Shown here: positions 18,601-26,981 of the stretch, piece by piece
How positions within the stretch are numbered: the stretch's first letter is position 1
Layout of the letters: every line of letters begins with the position of its first letter
Source of the DNA: a virus
Taxonomy: Duplodnaviria; Caudoviricetes
Reading direction: 5' to 3' (one strand)
DNA: 31,492 nt
Virus record (IMG/VR): IMGVR_UViG_3300020414_002934
Span: 1-31,492 of that record
Notes under the pieces: generated by a model
The model's input: the letters and a program-made list of their open reading frames with translations, nothing else
Told to the model about the DNA's origin: nothing
Database searches by the model: none
Made by a program: the position numbers and the translations under genes

Positions 18601-20976
18601 GGTCAAATTGACCTATCACCTACAAGTGATGAATGGAAAGAGACAGACGTAAGACCAGAACTTATTATTGATAACGAAGGTCTATTTGATGTGGTTAATA
18701 CTTTGGCTAATGAAGATGGTGTACTTGGTACAGTTTGGAATGAGTGGGAAACTCAGTGGGCTGGTAGAGAAATGCAAATTGGTGAAGATAGCCAACATCA
18801 AAGATCAGGCCGAAGAATTTTTGTAGATACTCTAATTGCCCGTCAAGAAACTCAAACAAGAACTGGTGTTCGTACATCGGTTGCACCTGATACTATTCAA
18901 ACATCATTTGGTGAAAGAGTTGTAGACGTAAGAATGGTACCATTTATTAGATCAAGAAGAGTTAAATTTAAGGCTACAAGATTTAAGCCTAACACAAGAT
19001 TGTATCCTTTCTTTGAAGATATTTCTGTAAGTGACTTCACTAATAATATTACAGCAGCTCAGTTTATTAGACATTCAACTACACCTGTAGATCCAGAGCC
19101 AAACTTTAGTGCGGTGCGTCACCCTGATCTTTCTGCTTCAAATATTTCGGCTGGAGATAATGCGCTTATTACAGATCCAACAGGAACTGTACATGGTGAA
19201 TTCTATATTCCAAATACTGCAGCAATTAGATTTAGAACTGGTGAAAGACTCTTTACACTAGTTGATGATCCAAACAACAACAATGCAAATATTACAACTT
19301 CTGGTAGAGCAACATATGCCGCTTCTGGTATTATTAACTCCACACAAGAGGTAAGCTTACGTTCACCTACACTTACACAAGAGTCAGTAAACGATCAAAG
19401 AAGTACAGTTGTTACTCGTCAGTCTACACGTACAGTTGGCTGGGTTGATCCTCTTGCTCAAACCTTCTTGGTTGATAATCCTGAAGGTGCATTTATGACA
19501 AGTGTAGATCTATTCTTTAGTGAAAAAGATCTTAATATTCCTCTTACACTTCAGATTCGTGGAGTAGTAAATGGTTATCCTTCTCCAGAAATTCTGGCCT
19601 TTGGTGAAGTTGTAAAACCTGCAATTGATATTAATACATCGGACGATGCTACATCAGCTACTACCTTTACATTTCCAGGACCAGTTTATCTAAGACCAAA
19701 CCAAGAATATGCACTTTGTCTCTTGGCTAACTCAAATGCTTATAGAGTATATACTGCTGAAATTGGTCAAAATTCTATTGGAACTACAAGACGTATTTCT
19801 ACACAACCATATGCTGGTGTATTCTTTAAATCTCAAAATGGTTCAACTTGGTCAGCCGATCAAACTAAAGACCTTATGTTTAAGATTAAAAGAGCAAATT
19901 TTGATACAACTGCAAGTGGTGTGGTAGACTTTACTAATGCTGCTATTATAGCTAGACCATTAAGTGCAAATCCATTCAAAACAACAAATGCCCAAACTAA
20001 GGTTATTGTTAAACATAGAAACCACGGTATGCCGTCTGGTTCTACAGTAACTATAGCTGGAGTTGCATCTGATGTTGGTGGAATCGCATTTAGCCAATTT
20101 AATGCTAACCATGTTATTTCACAAGTAGAACAAGATCAATATGCCATTACCTTAGCATCACAAGCTACCGGAACTACAACTGGTGGTGGAACTGCAGTAA
20201 CAGCTACTGAAAATAAACATATTGATGTTCTTTATCCTAGTATGCAAGAAGTAATACTTCCAGAAACAACTATTGCATATGCATTGAGAACTACTTCTTC
20301 ACAATCACTAGCTGGTACTGAAAATACATATCAAAAACCAACTTCGTATACATCAATCATTTCAAATCAAAGTTACTATCCAGATGCTCCTCAACAAGTT
20401 GCTTCACCAATCAATGAAACTACCTCCATGGCTGGAGCTAAATCATTTGACCTAAGAGCTACGTTAGCATCTACTAATTCTTTCCTTAGTCCAATGATTG
20501 ACCTTGAAAGAACTTCAGTTCATACAATTGCAAATAGGATTGATAATCCTCAGTTACTTGCTGGAACTGATAGTGGTAAAAATAATGTTGCTGACTTCTT
20601 GCCTGAAACCGCACCAACTGGTGGATCAGCCTTGGCCAAATATATTACAAGAAAAGTAACCTTGGCTCAAAGTTCTATTGGACTTAGAATTATATTTGCT
20701 GCTAATAGACCTGATGGATCTGAAATTGAGGTATATCATAAGACTCAAGAGGCTGGTGCAGATGCTCCATTTGCAGGACTTAATTGGGTACAAGCCACGC
20801 TTGATAATGCAGTAGCAAGTACTGATGATCCAAGAGAATTTAGGGATTATGAATATACAGTTGATCTAAGTTCATCACCATTCCAGACTGTAGCAATCAA
20901 AGTAGTATTTAAATCTCAATCTTCGGTAGCTACACCAAGAATTAAAGATTTTAGAGTTATTGCGTTAGGTACATAA
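15688..20976 (+). CDS. Large virion structural protein, VrlC/DUF4815-like (1762 aa)
   Basis: FN.SPYYDDF, YYRILFRP...LQARELTQLQS.LQNQI, APGANR.KI, ARRTYDESGDY, GKAYVRGYE, FTMRDIG.LE.RI.NLEYYTSLSLLE and DPLAQTF motifs. Confidence 0.85.
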   Translation: MTLDFNISPYYDDFETNAKQQYYRILFRPSVALQARELTQLQSTLQNQIKSFADHTFEDGAMVIPGATALDKDYGFIKVGSTFSSADVELYRAEFLNTIITGQTTGVTAKVVGTVPVTGSDPITLFVKYTSSGTNKTTKTFAQNEVVVSNASTPRSAQIENVSGSVGFGSAANIQPGIYYVSGTFAFVTSQTLVLDKYTNTPSYRVGLTVNATIVSSTTDSNLNDNATGSPNFAAPGANRYKIELTLTKKGLTATDDQNFIELLRVENGVIANQIRSTEYSVLEDTFARRTYDESGDYAVRPFGIDVREHLQVNNNRGIYASGNGGSDAKLAVGIEPGKAYVRGYEIETLSTTFLDVNKARDTQQIKNSIVPFQMGNFTLVNTTTNLPDVSNYEKLDLISSASTVIGTARARAYELHSGTQGTSGAVYKLYLFDIQMSGSNLFSAVNTINTVGSTSGKFASTTVKTSGSATLNEIQNNDLLFPLPYQTVETIRDQSNAIDTTITVRRVYTRTLSSGLNTITAGSDESFQTPYSGVDFLVANASTGTVYDMSLSDGTGGAPRLSISGTNSVNLQIDLTGASLTNETLTVIATVVKRVSQEKQKTLVQNHNLDIASPNTTVNATDSLLKADIFKLVAVHDSGVAGTNATTSDLNITDRYELDNGQRDNFYDVGSIKLKPGMPPPSGRILIIFDYFTHGAGDYFSVDSYSNQVTYAEIPTYASANTTYELRDVLDFRPRVRDDGQSFTNAGGTNQSGAALTEIGKIASNMIMDFRYFLPRTDKIYVDPKGNFKVVEGVSAANPATPSDPDDGMVLYTLRLNPYTFDVNDIVPERKDNKRFTMRDIGRLEHRINNLEYYTSLSLLEKETADAQILNSSNVDRFKSGFIVDPFYGHNIGNPKDPDYHVSIDADAGEARPQFYEGNVRIEQSGSGSSSTYQQTGDIISLPYTETTIIDQPFASGTENVNPYDIFQFIGQIDLSPTSDEWKETDVRPELIIDNEGLFDVVNTLANEDGVLGTVWNEWETQWAGREMQIGEDSQHQRSGRRIFVDTLIARQETQTRTGVRTSVAPDTIQTSFGERVVDVRMVPFIRSRRVKFKATRFKPNTRLYPFFEDISVSDFTNNITAAQFIRHSTTPVDPEPNFSAVRHPDLSASNISAGDNALITDPTGTVHGEFYIPNTAAIRFRTGERLFTLVDDPNNNNANITTSGRATYAASGIINSTQEVSLRSPTLTQESVNDQRSTVVTRQSTRTVGWVDPLAQTFLVDNPEGAFMTSVDLFFSEKDLNIPLTLQIRGVVNGYPSPEILAFGEVVKPAIDINTSDDATSATTFTFPGPVYLRPNQEYALCLLANSNAYRVYTAEIGQNSIGTTRRISTQPYAGVFFKSQNGSTWSADQTKDLMFKIKRANFDTTASGVVDFTNAAIIARPLSANPFKTTNAQTKVIVKHRNHGMPSGSTVTIAGVASDVGGIAFSQFNANHVISQVEQDQYAITLASQATGTTTGGGTAVTATENKHIDVLYPSMQEVILPETTIAYALRTTSSQSLAGTENTYQKPTSYTSIISNQSYYPDAPQQVASPINETTSMAGAKSFDLRATLASTNSFLSPMIDLERTSVHTIANRIDNPQLLAGTDSGKNNVADFLPETAPTGGSALAKYITRKVTLAQSSIGLRIIFAANRPDGSEIEVYHKTQEAGADAPFAGLNWVQATLDNAVASTDDPREFRDYEYTVDLSSSPFQTVAIKVVFKSQSSVATPRIKDFRVIALGT

Positions 20977-21179
20977 TGAGAGTAAATATAAAAGATAAGC
21001 CAGGCCTACAAAGAGATTTAACAAGTGGTGCTGTAATAAATACTGATAATAATGCTTTTTTGAAAGCAGTAAAAGCAAATGAAATGGCAATGGCAAAAGA
21101 ACAAGAGTTACTTGATATTAAAAATGATGTCAAAGAACTAAAACAACTAATGCAAACAATTATTGAGAGGCTTAACTAA
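20976..21179 (+). CDS. Small hypothetical protein with C-terminal coiled coil
   Basis: L.RD..SGAVINTD motif and heptad C-terminus. TAATG-coupled on both sides. Confidence 0.75.
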   Translation: MRVNIKDKPGLQRDLTSGAVINTDNNAFLKAVKANEMAMAKEQELLDIKNDVKELKQLMQTIIERLN

Positions 21180-22357
21180 TGGCTGCAATTAATGTACCAA
21201 CAACTGATACCTTCGAACAGTGGAGGACAAAAACTAATAACCTGTCCAACCTAGTTGGAGATGGAGCCACACTTACAAGCCAATATACTGGAAGCGATGT
21301 TATATCTGTTCTAAATGAAATTAAATCAGCTTCCACATTTGATAATATTGTAACCATTAACGATCAAGCAACTGATGGAACTACTGAATTAGCTGGTAAT
21401 GCCGCTAATTTAATTATTAGTGCGGGTGCACAAACTGTTCTTACACTAAATCAAACTGGTGATGTTGCAGTACATGCCGATTTAACTACTGGAGCATCTG
21501 CAAGTATAGGTACAACCCTTGGTGTAACTGGTGCGGCAACTGTTGGTGGTACTACTACCTCTCAAGGTCAAGTAATTGCAAATGCTGGTATTGATTGTAA
21601 TGGAAACCAAGACATCTCAGGTACTTTGGATGTTGGCGGTGCTACTACTGTAGGTGGCACACTTGGAGTAACTGGCAATACTACATTAGCAGTAACACAA
21701 ACTGGCAATCTTACAGTAAATGGTACACTTAATGCTGGTGCAAATACTATTACCACAACTGGTAATATGAATTGTCAAACTTTGACAACTAGTAATAATC
21801 TTGTAGTTAATGGTAATACCACACTTGGTAATTCAACTGCAGCTGATTTAGTTACATTTGGATCAAGAGTAAATACTGCAATTAATCCAAGTTCAGATAA
21901 TGGATTTACATTAGGAACTTCATCTTTAAGATGGTCAACGGTTCATGGTGTTACCTTCTCGGGTACAGCAACTACCGCAAACTACGCTGACTTGGCTGAG
22001 CTTTATCTTTCTGATTTTGCATATGAAGCTGGTACCGTGGTAAGAGTTGGTGGTGAATTTGAAGTTACAGCTACTGATGGTGATCACAATCATTCAGTAC
22101 TTGGAGTTATTTCTGCTTATCCAGCATATCTCATGAATAATCAACTAGAAAACGGTATCCCAGTTGCATTGAAGGGAAGAGTTCCAGTTAAAGTTAAAGG
22201 CTCAGTAAATAAAGGCGACCGATTAGTTGGTGGTAAAGATGGGCATGGAATTGCCGATAATGACTCACCTCACGGGTTTGCGATTGCGCTTGAATCTTTT
22301 GAGGCTAAAAAATCTGGAAAGGGTCAATACGGCGTAATAGAAGCCGTAGTTCTCTGA
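21179..22357 (+). CDS. Tail fibre/spike-like protein with C-terminal intramolecular chaperone (Peptidase_G2/IMC-like) domain
   Basis: N-terminal TDTFEQWRTKTN attachment motif; Gly/Thr/Val beta repeats (GTLGVTG); C-terminal YADLAE...GTVV...VLGVIS..PAYLMN...PVALKGRVPVKV.G.V.KGD.LV. Confidence 0.75.
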   Translation: MAAINVPTTDTFEQWRTKTNNLSNLVGDGATLTSQYTGSDVISVLNEIKSASTFDNIVTINDQATDGTTELAGNAANLIISAGAQTVLTLNQTGDVAVHADLTTGASASIGTTLGVTGAATVGGTTTSQGQVIANAGIDCNGNQDISGTLDVGGATTVGGTLGVTGNTTLAVTQTGNLTVNGTLNAGANTITTTGNMNCQTLTTSNNLVVNGNTTLGNSTAADLVTFGSRVNTAINPSSDNGFTLGTSSLRWSTVHGVTFSGTATTANYADLAELYLSDFAYEAGTVVRVGGEFEVTATDGDHNHSVLGVISAYPAYLMNNQLENGIPVALKGRVPVKVKGSVNKGDRLVGGKDGHGIADNDSPHGFAIALESFEAKKSGKGQYGVIEAVVL

Positions 22358-22358
22358 G

Positions 22359-22886
22359 TTAAACATCATTGTACAAATATAAATCAAATGCAGCACTTAA
22401 TCTTAACTGCTTAGTTGGCCTGACTGAATGATAAAGAAAGCTTGGAAAGATGAGTACATCACCCTGCTCTGGCTGATAAACGGTTGGCTCAAACATAGGC
22501 CTAAACCTTAAATCATATCCCCTTGAAGCAAATCCTCTTGGATCATAAAATACTATTTCACCACCTTCACCAGCTTCTAATATTACAATAGCCGAAAGGT
22601 GAGAACCAGCATGAGTATGAGCTTCCATTCCTGGATGTCCATGCTCATACTTATTGACCCATGATTTTAGTTGATAGTGACCCCAGTCATCAAGATTCAT
22701 TCCTTGACTGGCTAGGTAGTCATCAAACTCCATTTCCATTATTTCTTTAAGTGTATCAGTTATTTCATTTCTTTCTATAGCTGGCATTAGAACTTTATCA
22801 TCATCCAGTATAATTTTGGACTTACTAATTACCGTCGGGTAAAGTAGATTTAAGCCCACATTCAGCGTCATAGTATTTTCTGACAT
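22359..22886 (-). CDS. Putative 2OG-Fe(II) oxygenase (TIGR02466-like)
   Basis: SWVN, HTH, G.IVFYDPR, GDVLIFPSFLYHSV and R.S.AFD motifs. Confidence 0.85.
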   Translation of the reverse strand: MSENTMTLNVGLNLLYPTVISKSKIILDDDKVLMPAIERNEITDTLKEIMEMEFDDYLASQGMNLDDWGHYQLKSWVNKYEHGHPGMEAHTHAGSHLSAIVILEAGEGGEIVFYDPRGFASRGYDLRFRPMFEPTVYQPEQGDVLIFPSFLYHSVRPTKQLRLSAAFDLYLYNDV

Positions 22887-23250
22887 CGGGTACCATTCCT
22901 TCTAGTTTTAAGTGGCCTTTATTATTATTGCAAACCACTTCAATTATTCTATCATATGTTTTTTTATCTTCGCTATATGGAACAAAGTAGGGATCCATTG
23001 GAAGCAATTCGGGATCTTTTAATACAGTATAAAAATTTTCATTATAGTCTTCCATTATCCAAAATGCATAGCAAATAGCAACCATATAAGATTTTGCTGG
23101 ATATATCCAACCAACATCGGTTTCTCTAAAATATTTTATTGCATCATTGACTATATCGTTTGAAAGAATAATTTCAACATCAGTCAAATCATCTTCAAAT
23201 TCTTTATTAAGCTTGTGATATAACTTCTGTTTGATTCGCCATTCTTGCAT
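22825..23250 (-). CDS. Hypothetical protein of the radical SAM cluster
   Basis: 141-aa ORF overlapping its neighbours in operon fashion; WIYPAKSY..AICYA and DPYFVPY segments; no family recognised. Confidence 0.65.
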   Translation of the reverse strand: MQEWRIKQKLYHKLNKEFEDDLTDVEIILSNDIVNDAIKYFRETDVGWIYPAKSYMVAICYAFWIMEDYNENFYTVLKDPELLPMDPYFVPYSEDKKTYDRIIEVVCNNNKGHLKLEGMVPDVRKYYDAECGLKSTLPDGN

Positions 23251-23638
23251 ATTTTTTTACCGCTCTCATTAAAAAATATCTTTGTATTGAATTGTGTAAA
23301 AATGTGAATTTGCATTCCAATTTATAAACTGGTTCTGAAAATTTATACGTATCTTCTACAACGCATTTTACAAAAAAATCTTTAAATTCAACATAAGGAG
23401 ACTTAAAACATATGTGTGGATCATCATCATTGCCGTGCCCTTCGCAACTTCCTACAGTATCTATTCCTTGACTTAACATGTAAAGCACATGTGGCCAGAT
23501 CTTCTTTTCTATTCTTGTTTTAAATTCTGGATGTGTAACTGGTAAAGAATATCCTGTATAGTCTTCTCCTATATGAGTAAAAGGCATAATTTTATTGTGC
23601 TGTTTTTCCATACCAGTCAATAAGTCCTCTGTATCCAT
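23207..23638 (-). CDS. Hypothetical protein with T.xSCEGH motif
   Basis: GIDTVGSCEGH motif. The true start may be the ATG at 23611 or later. Confidence 0.6.
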   Translation of the reverse strand: MDTEDLLTGMEKQHNKIMPFTHIGEDYTGYSLPVTHPEFKTRIEKKIWPHVLYMLSQGIDTVGSCEGHGNDDDPHICFKSPYVEFKDFFVKCVVEDTYKFSEPVYKLECKFTFLHNSIQRYFLMRAVKKYARMANQTEVISQA

Positions 23639-24497
23639 TGCAAGAGTTTTTTAAGTCTTTAACATATCTATAATGTTCAGTTAGACAATGTCCAAAATAA
23701 CTACAACTATTACAAATAGGAGATTGTACTCTTTTTTCTTGCCAAGCCCATTGTTGATATGAACTATAGCTTGGTAGCTCTAAAAAATATTCATTATCGT
23801 TTTTATCAAATTCTAATACACCAAACTTTCCATTGGGTGTAATATATACATGGTCATCACTCCAAGCATTATAATGTTTGTTATAACTATCAACTATATT
23901 GTCATAATTGATAAATTGAAAGTTCTTTTGTATTGGAGACTCTAACCATTTTATAACAAAATTCTCATAATCCTTGTGAGTTATTTCAAATGTATTAGCC
24001 TGATTAGTAGAATATGGTTTTATTTCAACAGAGATAATAGAATTAATCAGATTTAAGTTCTGAACCATCTCGTCCACATCCATTGTGATAACCCTTGGTG
24101 ACGCCAAGATCAGCAAGGATATTGGCTTAGGGCTATACAACATATTATGGAATACTATTTCATGTTTTTCTCTCGCCTCAAAATCATATGATACTGATAA
24201 TGATACATCATCTGCAAAAAACCTATCGTCTAACATAGAAAAATTTGTATTGATATTGATTGTACCATCATAATGTTTTTTTATAACTTCTTTTATTTCT
24301 TCGTAATATGATCTTTTGATTGCACCAATCTCTCCACCATATAAATCAATATGGTCAATAGAATCTTCTACCTGTGATAAAAGCTCATCTAGTTTTTCTG
24401 GTTCTATCTTTTTTTGATCACCCAATTGTTCTGGTGTAAGATAGCAGAAGTCACATCTAAAATTACAAAAATATGTTGGATTGATTGATATATTCAT
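23592..24497 (-). CDS. Radical SAM protein with a partial SPASM-like C-terminus
   Basis: NPTYFCNFRCDFCY (CxxxCxxC), YGGE and NTN motifs; C-terminal CNSCSYFGHC...C. Confidence 0.9.
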   Translation of the reverse strand: MNISINPTYFCNFRCDFCYLTPEQLGDQKKIEPEKLDELLSQVEDSIDHIDLYGGEIGAIKRSYYEEIKEVIKKHYDGTININTNFSMLDDRFFADDVSLSVSYDFEAREKHEIVFHNMLYSPKPISLLILASPRVITMDVDEMVQNLNLINSIISVEIKPYSTNQANTFEITHKDYENFVIKWLESPIQKNFQFINYDNIVDSYNKHYNAWSDDHVYITPNGKFGVLEFDKNDNEYFLELPSYSSYQQWAWQEKRVQSPICNSCSYFGHCLTEHYRYVKDLKNSCNGYRGLIDWYGKTAQ

Positions 24498-25525
24498 ATT
24501 GATTCATTTACGTATGGTGTCATTTGCATATCTAATCCATTTGCTTCTAAAATATCAGGACCAAGTTGTTTCATATGATAGCAATGATCTTCTACCATAT
24601 CATGTTCTTTAAGGTCCTTGATTGTTTTTTTACAGCCATTACAAATACTAAACATGGGACAAGAATAACATCCCATTTTAAGACTATTCAGTTCAGGTGA
24701 ATCAGCCAATGGTGTAACAAAGCCACCTTTCATTTCAAAATCAAAGTCAATAGCTTTATCTTTATCATCACCAAAGGCTCCACAAGAATAGTAATCACCT
24801 TCGGGTTGTATGGTTCTAATATTACTGTCACACGTACGCGTGAGCGGGCAGATGGTATTTTCACCTCGAATACGTTTCATCATTTGTTGAGTATTATGTT
24901 CCCAAGGTGCTAAACCAGCTTTCCATATACTAATATAATGTTCATATATTTTAGAAAGTCTATATGGAGCATCTTGTTCTCCAGAGGCCATGGCATAGTT
25001 TACTTTACAAACCACACCCATTTCTTTTGCTAACTCTACAGTTTTTATTACACTCCATTCGTTTTCTTCAGTAATAACTGCAATAAATTCTGGTCTATAT
25101 CCAACATAATATAACATATAATCAGAGCACATAGTAAAGTCTTCTTCAGTAAATACTGAATAGTCACCTTTTAATCTACCGTTTCCATATTGAAAAGAAG
25201 TGCATACACCCACTCTTTTATTTTTAAAAAGTGGTAACCATTTATCTTTATTTTTATAGAAAGGCCAAAGATTAGTAGTAAGAGATATATTGGCAGGCAA
25301 ATCATTTTCATCTAAGTAATTAATAATTTCCCAGTAATACTTGGGATCCATCATCAAAGGGTCACCACCATTTACAATAATAGTGTTAGTCTCTGGATAC
25401 CTATCCAAAAACTGAAAAATTTTCATCAAGTCAAGCTTTGATGCTTTATCTTCTACTAATTTTGTGCTTGAACAGAATGTGCATTTAAAATTGCACAACT
25501 CAGTTGGCTTAATTATCAAATCCAT
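24494..25525 (-). CDS. Radical SAM/SPASM domain protein
   Basis: IKPTELCNFKCTFC, NGGDPL and TTN motifs. SPASM-like C-x10-G-x4-C ... CxxC-x5-C-x2-C ... C. Confidence 0.92.
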   Translation of the reverse strand: MDLIIKPTELCNFKCTFCSSTKLVEDKASKLDLMKIFQFLDRYPETNTIIVNGGDPLMMDPKYYWEIINYLDENDLPANISLTTNLWPFYKNKDKWLPLFKNKRVGVCTSFQYGNGRLKGDYSVFTEEDFTMCSDYMLYYVGYRPEFIAVITEENEWSVIKTVELAKEMGVVCKVNYAMASGEQDAPYRLSKIYEHYISIWKAGLAPWEHNTQQMMKRIRGENTICPLTRTCDSNIRTIQPEGDYYSCGAFGDDKDKAIDFDFEMKGGFVTPLADSPELNSLKMGCYSCPMFSICNGCKKTIKDLKEHDMVEDHCYHMKQLGPDILEANGLDMQMTPYVNESI

Positions 25526-25537
25526 AATTAATCAATT

Positions 25538-26194
25538 TTATACTGTATGTTGAGTTCTCTTATTCCTTAACTCGTCGCCTTTATTTACCACTTGTGCATT
25601 TACAACAAGTGTAAGTCTTTCTTCATCACCATGATAATGTGTAACTTCGTGCCATAGGTATTGTGGTGCAATAACCATAGTACCTCTTTTTGACTTGAAC
25701 TTTTCTAATCTTGATCCACCAAAGTAATAGTTTCTTTGCCACCTTGGATCATACAATACGAGCTCACCGCCTTCTTCATCACTTACGTCGTTAAAATATA
25801 TGCAAGCAAAAGCGTCATCAGAATAATGCGTATGTACACCAAGCCTATATCCTTTCTTCATTAAGTTAATTTTACAGGAATCTAGCTCGCAATCCAAAAT
25901 CATTTTATCGGTATTTGATTCTGTCATGTTTTCTAAATTACTATAAGCAAGAGCTATAAAACCTTTTTTAACTTCGTCAATAAGCTCTTTCATTTCTGGA
26001 CATTGGCCTTCAACTATAGCATCAATAACAATATTTTCATTCCCATCTTGATATTCAGCATGGTCATTATCAGTTGAGCTTATAAAGTTTAAGTGCTGAG
26101 CCCGTAGAAAACTTTCTATTACTGCAAGTTTTTCTTCACTAATATCCAATTGCTTATGGTAAATATTAGTGGGATATATTTCTTTTATTGCCAT
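25538..26194 (-). CDS. Putative 2OG-Fe(II) oxygenase (TIGR02466-like)
   Basis: HTH, GGELVLYDPR, G...IAP..LWHEV and ERLTLVVN motifs. Confidence 0.85.
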   Translation of the reverse strand: MAIKEIYPTNIYHKQLDISEEKLAVIESFLRAQHLNFISSTDNDHAEYQDGNENIVIDAIVEGQCPEMKELIDEVKKGFIALAYSNLENMTESNTDKMILDCELDSCKINLMKKGYRLGVHTHYSDDAFACIYFNDVSDEEGGELVLYDPRWQRNYYFGGSRLEKFKSKRGTMVIAPQYLWHEVTHYHGDEERLTLVVNAQVVNKGDELRNKRTQHTV

Positions 26195-26197
26195 TTT

Positions 26198-26503
26198 TTA
26201 ATTCTCATCATTAGGTTTCTCATACCCATATTTATACACGCAGTTTTGTTCGTATGGTGTTTCACTAATAGAATCTACACCTTCAATTTGACATATTTCT
26301 CTATTACAAACACGAATTTCTTCTTTTACCATATTAGCATACGGCTCAAGATTGTCTATCATTTTCAAGTACATTTCGTATTTCTCTTTATTGTCTTGGA
26401 AATCATGCATCTTTGTTATCCACAGGTTGTATAACTCTGCAGTTAAATCTCTTTCTGAGCATAATATCTTTTTTCTATTCAGTACGTCCTGTAGAGAAGT
26501 CAA
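26198..26503 (-). CDS. Hypothetical helical protein with several Cys
   Basis: 101-aa ORF filling the gap between two oxygenases. The TTG start is uncertain. Confidence 0.55.
   Translation of the reverse strand: MTSLQDVLNRKKILCSERDLTAELYNLWITKMHDFQDNKEKYEMYLKMIDNLEPYANMVKEEIRVCNREICQIEGVDSISETPYEQNCVYKYGYEKPNDEN
26229..26236 (-). promoter_or_regulatory. Candidate T4-type late promoter TATAAATA inside the radical SAM cluster
   Basis: The minus strand reads CGTGTATAAATA (26240-26229), identical to the 12-mer at 10881-10892. It lies about 35 nt upstream of the ATG at 26194, but within a coding region. Confidence 0.45.
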
Positions 26504-26981
26504 AAGAACAAAGCCTCCTTCTTATTTTTGTATCATCTGCCTTATGCCAAAATCCTCTAATATTTGAAACTAAAAAAAGATCTCCTGCCATTGGCTGATA
26601 ACTAGCTGTTTTATCTCCATCCCATTTAAAGTTAATTGCTCCACCACTTTCTTTATATGTATGGTCTAAGTAATATAGAAAAAAGACATCATAGTCTTCA
26701 AACATATCAGTATGCCAACCTTGGTTATCCTTATCAACTCCATCCCATATAAGATATTTGTTAAAGATAGCCTCTGGCCATTCTGGTAAAATATATGTCT
26801 GATAAAGATGTTGACCAAATAAATTTAATTTGTTGGCCAAGAGATGATCAATATCTTCTTTACCGTTATCCCTTGCTCTTTCTTCTGTATTCAAAAGTTT
26901 ATGTTCATTGATTTGTATTAAATCTAGTCCTTGTGGTTCATAAAATTTTACATATCCTTTTGTATAGATATCTGATATCAT
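26475..26981 (-). CDS. 2OG-Fe(II) oxygenase superfamily protein
   Basis: WHTD (HxD), YLD, GG.INF, GDLFL, WHKA (distal His) and RR.CSFD motifs. Confidence 0.8.
   Translation of the reverse strand: MISDIYTKGYVKFYEPQGLDLIQINEHKLLNTEERARDNGKEDIDHLLANKLNLFGQHLYQTYILPEWPEAIFNKYLIWDGVDKDNQGWHTDMFEDYDVFFLYYLDHTYKESGGAINFKWDGDKTASYQPMAGDLFLVSNIRGFWHKADDTKIRRRLCSFDFSTGRTE

Noticed and set aside
15688-20976. Intein or intron in the 1762-aa gene
   Set aside because: The ORF is continuous; no intein splice or LAGLIDADG/HNH motifs were recognised.
5326-21756. Many 60-110 aa alternate-frame or antisense ORFs inside structural genes (Leu/Gln-rich)
   Set aside because: Expected by-products of strong codon bias; no independent evidence of translation.
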